Positions 47,958 to 59,003 of a stretch of DNA of 64,000 nucleotides are shown here, in pieces (within the stretch, counting starts at the first letter, position 1; each line of letters starts with the position of its first letter). Where the stretch lies: contig NC_087245.1 in the NCBI RefSeq assembly GCF_037042905.1, forward strand, positions 38,254,001-38,318,000, in the 5' to 3' direction. The notes beneath the pieces were generated by a model that worked only from the letters and a program-made list of their open reading frames with translations, ran no database searches and had not been told where the DNA came from. Made by a program: the position numbers and the translations under genes. Source of the stretch: Lytechinus pictus (Eukaryota).

Positions 47958-50900
47958 CGGCGACAAGTCCAACTGGCAGCAAACAACAAAGTCGCCTTTT
48001 CTACATCACTGATAGGAAAACTGGAATTCGTTTTTTGGTCGACACAGGAGCTGAAGTTAGCGTTCTTCCTCCATCAAAAGCCGAAAAGCATCATCCTTCA
48101 TCAAAATTCTATCTACAAGCAGTAAATCGCTCAAGCATTACGACTTATGGAGAACGAAGCCTGACTCTCGACGTCGGCCTGCGTCGAGCTTGCAGATGGA
48201 TTTTCATCATTGCTGATATTCCTATTCCTATCATCGGGGCAGACTTCCTTCATCACTTTGGTTTACTTGTGGATGTGCGCAATCTCAAGCTCATCGACTC
48301 TTCTACCAATCTATCTATTACTGGCATCCTTTCTTCATCTCCTTCTATCAGTCCTATGTTTCTAAAGCCAGAAAATCAAGCTGCCTACAAATCTATTCTC
48401 GACAAATTTCCTGACATTACACGCCCTGTGTATAAGGAGGCTGAGATCAAGCACTCCGTCACCCATCACATTGTGACGAAAGGCCCTCCTGTTTCATCCC
48501 GTCCTCGTCGCCTAGCAACCGACAGGTACAGTATCGCGAAGGCGGAATTCGATCACATGCTGGAACTAGGCATCATTCAACCGTCTAGCAGCAATTGGGC
48601 ATCTCCACTTCATATGGTGCCCAAGAAAACACCCGGAGACTGGAGACCGTGTGGAGACTATCGTGCACTAAATAGGAATACAGTGCCCGACAAATATCCC
48701 ATTCCCCATCTCCAAGACTTTACATCTGCCCTAGCAGGCAAGCGAGTTTTCTCAAAACTCGATCTCGTTCGAGCATATCACCAGATCCCTGTCGATCAAA
48801 CAGATGTACACAAAACAGCCATCACCACACCCTTTGGGTTATTTGAGTTTGTACGCATGCCTTTTGGGCTACGTAATGCCGCACAAACTTTTCAACGATT
48901 CATTGATGAAGTAACCCGTGGTCTTCCATTTGTGTACGCTTACATCGACGATCTGCTCATCGCTAGCGAAAATGAAGAGGAGCACAAGCAACATCTCCAG
49001 CTACTTTTCGCTCGACTCTCGAAATATGGCGTCGTCATCAACCCAGCCAAGTGTGAATTCGGCGCATCTTCTCTCACCTTTCTCGGACACATTGTTGATG
49101 AGAACGGCATCCGCCCTCTGCTCGAGAAAGTCAAAGTCATCAACAATTTCCCTGTTCCTGATTCTCTTCGCAAACTCAGAGAATTTCTAGGACTAGTCAA
49201 TTTCTATCGTCGCTTCATTCCTGATTGTGCAACTCTCACTCAACCACTCACCGATCTATTGGCATGCAAGCAGAAAAACAAAGCAATCCATCTCGATGAT
49301 GCAGCCCTCAATGCATTCAACTCAGTGAAAACAGCTCTCGCTCAAGCTACTCTCCTTTCACACCCAAAACCTAATGCCCCACTCTGCATTATGGTTGATG
49401 CATCAGATTTTGCTGTTGGAGGTGTGTTGCAGCAACACATTGACGATGACTGGCAACCCATCGCCTTCTTCTCAAAACGCCTGCAGCCAGCTGAGACAAG
49501 ATATAGCACATTCGGACGTGAACTTCTCTCTGTGTATCTCACTATTCGTCACTTCAGACATGCACTTGAAGGACGACAATTCTTCATCTATACTGATCAC
49601 AAACCTCTCACTCATGCCTTTAATGCTAGACCTGACAGGTATTCACCACGCGAAGTCAGACACCTAGACTACATATCTCAATTCAGCACAGATATAAGGC
49701 ATATTAGTGGAAAACACAATGTAGTGGCAGACGCTCTATCTCGCATGGAAATCAACTCCCTCACTTCAACTCCTACCATTGATTTCAATGCCATCGCCGC
49801 TGCCCAGGAGGTTGACGAGGAACTCAAACAACTCACTTCAACCTCGTTCAAACTCGAACCTCTACCTCTTCCTATTTCTGACTCTACTATCCTATGCGAT
49901 ACTTCAACTACCAATCCTCGACCTTACATCCCATCTAAATTCAGACGAGTTGTATTTGATGCTCTTCACAACCTATCTCACCCTGGCATCAATGCTACCC
50001 AAAAACTCATCACAGACAGATTTGTTTGGCCTGGAATCAACAAAGATGTTCGAAATTGGACCCAAACTTGCATACAGTGTCAACGTTGTAAAGTACACCG
50101 TCACACCAAGACACCGATAGGTACTTTTTCAACACCTGATGCTAGATTCGATCACATTCATATCGATCTCGTGGGACCACTTCCTCCTTCAAATGGCAAT
50201 GCATATCTTCTCACATGTGTTGACCGTTTCACCCGATGGCCTGAGGCAATGCCTATTCCCGACATATCAGCAGAGACTGTTGCCCGAACATTCATTTCAC
50301 ACTGGGTATCTCGCTTCGGTGCTCCCTCAACCATCACTACCGATAGAGGTCGACAATTCGAATCTTCCCTCTTTCAAGCTCTAACTCATCTTCTTGGTAG
50401 CTCTAGAATTCGAACTACATCTTATCATCCTGCATCCAACGGACTGGTTGAGCGCTTTCATCGGCAACTTAAAGCGTCACTCAAAACTACCTCTTCTCCA
50501 CGATGGACTGAAACTCTCCCTCTCGTCATGCTTGGAATTCGAACTGCAGTCAAATCTGATTTGGGATGTTGCGCTGCTGAACTGGTTTATGGATCAACTT
50601 TAAGATTGCCAGGTCAGTTTGTAGCACCTAATCAGAATGATTGTGATTTGGACCCTAGCAACTACATACATCGACTGAGAAAACAAATGGAGAACCTCAA
50701 ACCTCAGCCTACTCGTGTCCAGAATCGCAAACCACAAGTCCACCCAGATCTCACATCATGCACCCATGTCTTTGTGCGTCATGATGCAGTCAAGAAACCC
50801 CTTCAACCACCCTACGATGGCCCATATCAAATTATCAAGCGAGCTGATAAGTTTTTCACCATCCTACTCGAAGGAAAGCATGAAACTATCAGTCTCGACC

Positions 50901-51145
50901 GTCTGAAACCAGCATATTTGGAATCACCCATTTCACCAACCGTTCCAACCACTGTTCAACCAAGCCTATCTACTCATGACAATCCTAAACCTTCTCAAGT
51001 GACTACTACACCAACCACTAAGCCTCCGCCCCCCTCCATCACTCCTTCTTCATCATCATCTACCGAGCCTGAAATCAGACAAACTCGTTCGGGTAGAAAG
51101 GTGCATTTTCCAAAGCGTTTTGTTCAAGTTTTTCATTTTAATTGA
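47933..51145 (+). CDS. pol: Pol polyprotein (protease, RT, RNase H, integrase), in the -1 frame relative to gag
   Basis: [10 protein letters not shown]; YIDD; VDASD; HHCC (HNLSH...CIQC); DDE (HIDLVG, TDRG, VERF); GPY module; no stops. Confidence 0.96.
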   Translation, partial: GKRQSQRLAATSPTGSKQQSRLFYITDRKTGIRFLVDTGAEVSVLPPSKAEKHHPSSKFYLQAVNRSSITTYGERSLTLDVGLRRACRWIFIIADIPIPIIGADFLHHFGLLVDVRNLKLIDSSTNLSITGILSSSPSISPMFLKPENQAAYKSILDKFPDITRPVYKEAEIKHSVTHHIVTKGPPVSSRPRRLATDRYSIAKAEFDHMLELGIIQPSSSNWASPLHMVPKKTPGDWRPCGDYRALNRNTVPDKYPIPHLQDFTSALAGKRVFSKLDLVRAYHQIPVDQTDVHKTAITTPFGLFEFVRMPFGLRNAAQTFQRFIDEVTRGLPFVYAYIDDLLIASENEEEHKQHLQLLFARLSKYGVVINPAKCEFGASSLTFLGHIVDENGIRPLLEKVKVINNFPVPDSLRKLREFLGLVNFYRRFIPDCATLTQPLTDLLACKQKNKAIHLDDAALNAFNSVKTALAQATLLSHPKPNAPLCIMVDASDFAVGGVLQQHIDDDWQPIAFFSKRLQPAETRYSTFGRELLSVYLTIRHFRHALEGRQFFIYTDHKPLTHAFNARPDRYSPREVRHLDYISQFSTDIRHISGKHNVVADALSRMEINSLTSTPTIDFNAIAAAQEVDEELKQLTSTSFKLEPLPLPISDSTILCDTSTTNPRPYIPSKFRRVVFDALHNLSHPGINATQKLITDRFVWPGINKDVRNWTQTCIQCQRCKVHRHTKTPIGTFSTPDARFDHIHIDLVGPLPPSNGNAYLLTCVDRFTRWPEAMPIPDISAETVARTFISHWVSRFGAPSTITTDRGRQFESSLFQALTHLLGSSRIRTTSYHPASNGLVERFHRQLKASLKTTSSPRWTETLPLVMLGIRTAVKSDLGCCAAELVYGSTLRLPGQFVAPNQNDCDLDPSNYIHRLRKQMENLKPQPTRVQNRKPQVHPDLTSCTHVFVRHDAVKKPLQPPYDGPYQIIKRADKFFTILLEGKHETISLDRLKPAYLESPISPTVPTTVQPSLSTHDNPKPSQVTTTPTTKPPPPSITPSSSSSTEPEIRQTRSGRKVHFPKRFVQVFHFN

Positions 51146-51229
51146 GAAATTATTTTCTTCATTTGGACTATTACTATTTTCTTTGTTATCGACCGTTTCA
51201 TTTTATTCAACGATCTAGGAGGGGGCTGA

Positions 51230-51871
51230 TGTAGTATTTTCCAAATTTCATCCTACTTCATTTCTCAACTTTGCCTTCTATTACTCATCATATTTGAGAG
51301 GACATTACCCTTGGATACCAGTTACTTCCACTCCCTGACAATAAACATGTCAACAAGTGGTCAAGAATGACCCTCAGCACAGCACATGCACCTGTGACTC
51401 ACTGTAAATTCTCTGAATTGGTACCTCTCTCTCCCCTCTCTCTTTGTTTACATCCTACATCTCATTTGGGATGAAAACTACAACTTTCTTTTCGGACACA
51501 CTTCTCAAAGTTTTCTTCTTCAGTAAACACGTGTTTTGAGAACGTCGTCAAATTACTTAATACATTTGTGGACTCCATCATCTCACTTGGAGCAAATTCA
51601 TCCATTTCATCTTCCACAGCATATCATTTCAAATTTGCGTACTACCCTTTTTTCTCCGTCATTTTCACTAAGAGAAAATCCAAATACCGCTTGTGCTAGC
51701 CAAGTTATTTTTTGCGATATAATCTTGTGTGATTTTGTGTCATTGGGATTGTGCAATAATTGGAACACTTTGTTATATTGGAGGATTGTCTGTCGGATCT
51801 CTACACGCATAAAGTCGGTAAGTGGAGATTGGCTTATTACCATTTCAACTTATAAACCAGCCCCCGCTTCA
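51230..51871 (+). repeat. 3' LTR (642 bp)
   Basis: tgtagtattttcc...cccccgcttca; preceded by PPT AGGAGGGGG at 51217-51225. Confidence 0.97.
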
Positions 51872-53499
51872 ATGGTTATAGCCAAGGGCTAGTTATATCC
51901 CCCGATATTATGTCCTAACCTAAGTAAAGCTTGCACTGGCTAGATTTACCATAAAAAGCATGTTTGCTTTGGCTAAATTTCCAAAGCTATATAGCTATCA
52001 AATAAGTAGAATTTATTCATTTTCAAAGGCCAATTTTTTCTGGCTCGCTTCGCTCGCTGGCGACTTTAACAAATTATTCCACATTTGCTATGTTGTGCTG
52101 CCTCAAAATATTAAATTTATTATCCGCAAATGCGTTGAAGTTAATATAGGCCTATGTTGTGTACTACCGCGATTTGATAAAACAGTGGCCATCTGCAATG
52201 TTTAAAAATATCACAGGGTCACCAAGGGGGATGCACAGGGGGCATTTGCCCCCAGTGAGTTGGCCCCACCCCCGAAATTTTGAAAATAAAAAAATGTATA
52301 GTAAGTGTTGTCATAAGCATCCTACTAAAGCTGCAAAGTGCTCCAAAATAGCTTTTTCGTTCCTTAAATTTTGAAAATGTTCTCATCCATTCACTGTTAG
52401 CTCCCAAGTTTTTGTCAGTATCATAAATCTCTCAGGTCATTTTATAAAATTCAAAATGTCGCGCGCACTATATACACGCTCGCAGTAGCTGTTGACTGAG
52501 ATGAGTAAATTATCTGTTCAAATGGGGCTTAAAAATCCAATGTTCAAGTCAATATGCTTCTCGCGATTAGAGTTTTCATTATTCGTTTTTGCAGGATAAA
52601 CGCATCCTGCGTACTCAAAATTTTCATAAATAAAAAAAATTCACCTCGCGCTACGCACTCGCATTAAAAGTTTAATTAGATAGCCATCCAGTTCATGATT
52701 ACAAAAAGTGCTTATAGAACGTCCAGTCATCATCCCAGGATATCAAACATTTTCAGCTCGCTCGCATTATTTATTTGGTGAGATATCATCTTCATGACTC
52801 AATGCAAAATTTAGCTATCCTTAACAGGTCCCTTTTCAAGTCAGCTAGGGTATACATTAAAAAAATAATAGCTCGTGCTTCTTGCTCGATTTTGAGAAAT
52901 AGGCAAAATGTTTGTGTGTTGACCCGCCCCCACCAAATGTTCTTTTGCCTCCCCGAGGTTAAAAATCCTAGGGCCGCCATTGCCCCGGATCCGATCCGCA
53001 TAGCACTGGCCACCATAAGTTCTACAACTGAGAACAAAAAAGAAAAGATGAAAGAAAAGGAAAGGAAAATGTGATGTTATTTTCTGAATACCATGTCAAA
53101 ATCAATCTCAAAATTAGATTCTCATGAAGAGCTGATTTTTTTCTCGCTCGCTTCGCTCGCTCAGAACTTATATTAACCAACTTTTTGCTGCGCGCGCCAC
53201 GCTGTGCCCCCTCTTTTTTTTTTTTGGGGGGGGGTACTTATCACACATTTAACATCGCCCTAATGCTCAGGGCACAATCATAAAAATCTTGTTCATACCG
53301 GGAAATTTTTTGCTCTTTTTTTTCCAAGAAAAGATAAAGAAAAGATAAAGATAGTGAGGGAGGAAAGGGAAATAAAGAGGAAAGAAGTTCGAGAATGGAG
53401 AGAGCAGGAAAGACAGGAAGAATGAGAAGAATGTCATTACATGTTATATTACGAATATACTACAGAATGTTTGCAGGTTGATATTTTTAGTACTCTTGC

Positions 53500-54490
53500 T
53501 GGTGTTTGTATCTTCAGAAATCACCCCTAATAGCAATTATGTTTTGGATAAAAAAGAACAAAACAATTTCATCAAAGCTTCCGTTTCCGATTTCAATTTC
53601 AATTTTTCCTGGCGTTCCATTTCAGTAAACCCAATATCGAAGGTTTTTATCTTTTCAAAAAAATCTTTATGCAAATCTTTATATTTGTTACATTTCATTA
53701 TAATGTGGAAATCATCCCCGACCAAATTCAAATTACAATCTTCACAAAATCTCAGGTTAGGTGGTATCTTCTCCGGTCATTTATACCTCCCTGTTTCTAT
53801 CGGTAGATCATGAGCGCTCAGTCGGAGCTTGGTCATATTTTTTCTCAAATTGATATTGTGTATTGAACATAAATAATTTTCTTGCCTTATATTGAATTTG
53901 AATTGCCTAAAAGTTCTGTTTATTTCCTTTCCTAGTGTCCCTGTCATTAAATAAATCCAATTTAAATTGTTTATTCAATTTACATTTTCTACAAAAACTT
54001 TGTAAACCAATCTTCGTCCATATTACGTATTCGAATGAATATTGAAGTAAATTTTAGGCAATTTTGATGACTTTTGGATATCTACCGATTTCAGATGTCA
54101 CTGCTAAATTACTGCATTTGCGATTTACCCCAAGAATATATTTACAAAATCGAATCTGCGCCTTTCAGATTCATGTTTAAAATATAGCCCTGTTTTCCCA
54201 TCCATTAATTGTAGTTTTTTTTCCATGTCTATAACATTTGTACCCCAAATTTCAGATCCATATAGTAATATAGGTTGTATCGTTGCATCGAAAAGATGCA
54301 ACAAGGTTTTAGTGCTAGGAGTATAGGAACCAAAAGATTTGTACATTTTGAACAATGCTCTTCTCGCTTTATCAGCTAAATCCCTTGCGGCCACTTTAAG
54401 TGATCCATAATCCATTATTTGCGAAAACAATACCAAGATATTTCATTTCCCTAACAGTGCATAGTGTTTCTCCATTAATTTCAAATGAAA
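53500..54490 (-). pseudogene. Decayed non-LTR retrotransposon ORF2 3' part (post-RT plus CCHC zinc finger; RTE-X-like, tentative)
   Basis: LLHLFDATIQPILLYGSEIWG and HDLPIETGRY...FCEDC...GDDFHIIMKC in broken frames. Confidence 0.75.
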
Positions 54491-55069
54491 CCCTTCGTTC
54501 GATCTCCCTGATTTTGAGCACACCATAATCATGAAAATAAATAAAGCGAGCGCGAAGCCCGAGCTAAAATATTTGATATTCCGATCTGAAAAAGGGTCAA
54601 TTCAAGCTCTATTTCACGCACTTTGTAGGAAAATTACGATATGGATCGCGCCTTATTTTTCAATAAGTTCAAAGAGCTGATATTTTTCATCATTATTGCT
54701 TTGAATTTTGACATAGGACCGGGACATTCTAAGGTCATTTTGTCATCATATGAAAATGATGACTATCTTCCTATTACTCTTCCTAAGCGCGATATGAAAC
54801 TAATTGTCGATTTTCCATTCTGAAAAAAGGACAATTTACTTTATGAATTGATATCTTATTAATTAATTCAATAAGCCTATAAGAGCACGATTTATGTTAA
54901 TATTATGGCCTGACAACTGGAAATTTTAAGCACTTTTGTAATTATGAATAGGATGCATGAGTTGACATATTCTTAACAATTAATGCAGGCGCAAATCTCG
55001 AGCAGAAATCTTCGATAAACTGTCATGAAATGGGGATTTTAAGTTTGTTAAAGAATTAATTAAGACTTT

Positions 55070-56335
55070 CAGCTCTCGCTAGCATGAATTGCTTAGTTAT
55101 TTACGCATATTATTCATATTTACAAAAGTGTTTAGAATGTTCAAATTTCAGGTCGTAATATAAAAAACGTTCAGCTCGCGCTTCGCGCTCGCATTGTTTT
55201 ATTTCTATCAATCAGAATTAAAAAGGAAAATTGGCTGGCGCTTCGCGCTCGCATTGTTTGATTGGGGAGATATATATTCTATTCATGAGTCACTGCAAAC
55301 AGTCATTAATGTAGACCCCTTTTCAGGTCAGTTTATTTATAATATCAGTTCGCATTTCGCGCTCATATGAACTTTTTAGTTGGATACGCATATTTCTTAT
55401 GATGACAAAAAGTGCTTAGAATGTCCAGGTTTCATGATAAAAAATTGACTTTCAGCTGGAGCTTCGCGCTCGCATTATTTGATTAGTGAGATATGTATTC
55501 TATTCATAATTTTCTGCAAACAGTAATTAACAGGTCATTTTTCAGATCATTTAATTAAGACTTTCAGCTCTCGCTCGCACGAATTGCTTAGTATTATTTA
55601 CGCACATTATTCAAAATTACAAAAGTGTTTAGAATATTCAAATTTCAGGTCGTAAAATATAAAATGTTCAGCTCGCTCTTCGCGATCGCATCAATTGCTT
55701 AGTTCTGTGCCTACCCTTTTCATGGTTACATTGCTTCGAATGTCTTGTTTTTATTTCTAAATCTGCAAAAATTCAGCTAGCACTTCGCGCTTGTTTACTG
55801 TGTTCTTTATTTAAAAAAGTAATTAACCGGTCCAGTTTTCAGGTCGAATAACTGAAAAAAAAATCAGCTCGCACTCGTTCTATTTGATTAGTGAGAAATG
55901 TATTCTATTCATGAGTCACTGCAAACTGCCATTAACATGTCCTATTTCAGATTAGTTGATTAAAAGTTTCAGCTCGTAGCCTCGCGCTCGCATGAATTTA
56001 TTGCTCAAATATATACCCATTTTTATACAAAAACTGCTTTGAATGTCCGGTTTTCTAGTCGGAAATAAGTATTTTTAGCTTGCGCTCTCATCAATTATTT
56101 GGTTAATATATCAATCCACTTCATTGATACAAGCGAGTTTTCAGGTCGAACAGTCTTTAAAATGTCTTTTTTTTACAGCCCAGTATATTAAAAATGTCAG
56201 CTCGCACTTCGCGCTCGCATGCATCATTTTGTATACGCATGTAGTTAATGAAAAGCTGCTCCAAAATTTTCAATTTTTAGGTCTAAATATATAAAATATC
56301 CAAAAATTTGAGCTCGCGCTTCGCGCTCGCATAGT
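55070..56335. repeat. Degenerate ~110-bp tandem array anchored on GCTCGCGCTTCGCGCTCGCA
   Basis: About 12 motif copies at ~100-120-bp spacing with homologous AT-rich linkers; related arrays at 16800-17230, 42590-43980, 52450-52900 and 61389-62730. Confidence 0.85.
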
Positions 56336-56448
56336 AATTTATATTCAGGCCATATGAAATACCTTTTGTTCTATAAATGAAATAGGCTAACCCCTAAAAT
56401 AGAAGAAAAAAAATCCAGATTTGGGCGGCCGCGACGGGGAAAAGGGGA

Positions 56449-56751
56449 GGCAGTTTAGCTCAGTCGGTTAGAGCGCCTGTTCCGGATAAGATCGTAGATC
56501 TCAACGTGCGTGGGTTCGAGTCCCGCAGCATGCCGGAAGACGTCTAACAAAAAAACTGATGCTTAGCGTTGTGTGTTAACGTGCCTCACCGCTGTGTTCA
56601 ATGCGGGTGTGAATCAGTGGCGTACCTAGGATTTTCCACAGGGGGGGGGGGGGCAAAATCGGCCGCCAAAAAAATTGACAAGCAAAAAAAAAAAAAAAAA
56701 AAAGGTCTTCAATCAAAAATAAAGGTTATTGTTCCAGAAAAAAAATTGACA

Positions 56752-56789
<38 letters not shown>

Positions 56790-57172
56790 TCTTCATGCTC
56801 GACAGGGGGGGGGGGGATAAAGGTCTTCAAGCTCGTCAGGGGGGCATAAAAGGTATTTCAAGTTCGTCAGGGGGGCAGTGATATGTATTTTGTATGGGTT
56901 GTGGCTCGTCAGGGGGGGGGGGCAGAGTGCCCCCCGTAGGTACGCTAGTGGTGTGAATGCAGTTGGAAAACACTCCGTCCATCGGAAAGGACGCAAATGT
57001 TGGCCCCGTGTATAGGAGAGTCACAACCTATGCACGTTAAAACCAATACACTATTCGTCAAAGAGTAGGGTGTTCACCCGGTGTATTGCACCTGCCGGTC
57101 CCCGGTACTACAATACTGCAAGAATCTTCAGGATTGAAGGAGGCAGTGTAGCTTGAAGAAGAAGAAGAAGAA
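56449..57172 (+). mobile_element. tRNA-derived SINE with Deu/Nin-like central domain and (GAA)n tail
   Basis: A box TAGCTCAGTCGG, B box GGTTCGAGTCC; body tcgga..gacgcaaa..ttaaa..cactattcg..aagagtagggtgttcacccggtgt resembles the Deu/Nin domain (recalled, not aligned). Confidence 0.75.
56615..56950. mobile_element. hAT-type MITE nested in a SINE
   Basis: 8-bp TSD GTGTGAAT; TIR cagtggcgtaccta / taggtacgctagtg. Confidence 0.88.
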
Positions 57173-57217
57173 ATGTGAAAATAGATCCGCCCTCCTTTTG
57201 ATGAAAGCTGGATCTGG

Positions 57218-57510
57218 ATCCAGTGGATTAGTCTCCGGACTTTGAAACAGGGTCTTTGGTTCGAATCCCAGCCATGGCGTAATTTCCTTTGGCAAGAAAT
57301 TTATCCACATTCTGCTGCACTCAACCCAGGAGAGGTGAATGGGTGCCTGGCAGGAATTTATTACTTGAAATGCGTGTGCGCTGTAATCTTAGTAATTACG
57401 GCTGCCAAGCTATACAGCTGGGGTAATAATATCCAAGTCCTTAGGAAGCGCATAGAGACATTATTCATAATTGTGATATGCGCTATACAAGAACTGTTTA
57501 TTATTATTAT
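57218..57510 (+). mobile_element. Second tRNA-derived SINE with L2-like tail
   Basis: B box GGTTCGAATCC (~57258); 3' end aagcgcatagag...tgcgctata...(TTA)n. Confidence 0.72.
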
Positions 57511-58762
57511 CTGCCCCTGGATATAACAAAAGAAAATATGACCGAGGAGAATGGGGAACGATGTCTGACGTCGGTACCGATATTTGTCGGTATAATCAGT
57601 GCCTCCACATCCACTACTGGAAAATGGCCTAGCGACGCCCCTGCGTACAGATTTGGGGCTTGGGGCCATGTACCCCCCCCCCTGAAAAAGTTGCTTCAGT
57701 CCTTTACAGAGGATCTTTAAAAGAAAAGGAAAAAAATGTATAAAAAGAACAAACAGGGATTAAATAATCGAGTTTTGTTCAATGAAAGGTTAATTAGATG
57801 AGAATGAAAAAAGAATGGGATCATTTTCGTGTATAAGGGTACCGCATGCGTATTCCCAAAATGTCCGGTAACGGGGTACTGTTTCGCGGGACAAGTCCAG
57901 CCCGCGAATTGTTAAAAAAGGGGGTGCATTTGACTTTTCACCCGGAGATTTCTTGAAAAAGGGGGTGTTTTTTTCTCTCTCTCTCTTTGGACTCCTGAGA
58001 AATTTAAAAAGGGGGTTATAAAATTTTTTGAATATCATATAGAAAAATTGATCAAAATTCCTGAAATTCCTGCTAGTTTTGAAAGCTCATTCAGGATTAT
58101 TTAATTTTGAAAATAAAAAAACATAGTCCCCCACGATATGCTATACGTACGGAATCAGCACGAGTTAACAAATCGAAATTAAATCTTAATGCATGAGTGA
58201 ACAGGAATTGTAATTTTAGTGTAGCATTTTAAGTTTATCTTGCGGACCTCTGCAGTGTGTTCGTGAGAGTCAGATGTGATGGTACCTGTTACAAGCAAGA
58301 GGGCGAGATATGGTAAGACTTGGTTAAAAGGGCATTCCTCTACTTTGTGTCCTTTTACAAATTACAAGTCATAAGTATGTATCCCCCCTCCAACGTCCAA
58401 CGCTTGATTTTTTTTTTTTTATTTATTTTTTTTTTTGGGGGGGGGGGGCTTTAGTTCCCAAAGCTCGCCTAGAAACTCGTCTGGCACCGACCCCCTTAAA
58501 AATATTATGACCCAGCTAACAATTGGACTTAATTATTATACTGAACGTTGTTGAAGTAGTCCAAAGCTCGTGTTTTGACGTTTTGTCAAAACGATTTTAG
58601 GACTTCCGTCTGTGGAACGTTGAAAATAGACGCCAGTTAGAAAACGATGTTAAATGTTGTGAAAACAAGAAAAAAACATGCAAGTTACCATTGCATGGCA
58701 TGTTTATGCAACGGGCTGCGGTAGGCCTACATGCACAACAACCAGAACGGGGCCCAGATCTA

Positions 58763-58969
58763 CAGTGCGTCCCCCAAAAAAACTATACACTTCTGAAATG
58801 GCTGCCAAATATATCACTTTGAGGGAAAAGACTTATACATATAATTATGGAAAGCCAATAAAGTCAACTTTCAAAGGACCCCAAAAAGTTGGAAAACTAT
58901 TCATGCTTGAGTGAACACTGCCTACTTAAACCAGAGGTATGCAAATGAGGCTGGGTAGAATTAGCCTTC

Positions 58970-59003
<34 letters not shown>

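Larger units (their letters stand above)
44542..51871 (+). mobile_element. Full-length Ty3/Gypsy LTR retrotransposon, CsRN1 clade
   Basis: TG...CA LTRs of 642 bp; 4-bp TSD ATGG (44538-41 and 51872-75); tRNA-Trp PBS; PPT; Gag CHCC knuckle; PR-RT-RH-IN order. Confidence 0.97.

Noticed and set aside
51146-51229. env or chromodomain in the retrotransposon
   Set aside because: Only ~85 bp separate the pol stop from the 3' LTR, and the integrase tail is P/S/T-rich with no chromodomain motif.
55070-56335. CRISPR-like repeat-spacer appearance of the palindromic GCGCTTCGCGC arrays
   Set aside because: The linkers are homologous to each other, the repeats are degenerate, the context is eukaryotic and there are no cas genes; it is a tandem repeat.
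56449-56534. tRNA gene
   Set aside because: A/B boxes are present, but the acceptor stem is imperfect, the anticodon arm is irregular and the sequence continues into a SINE body and tail.
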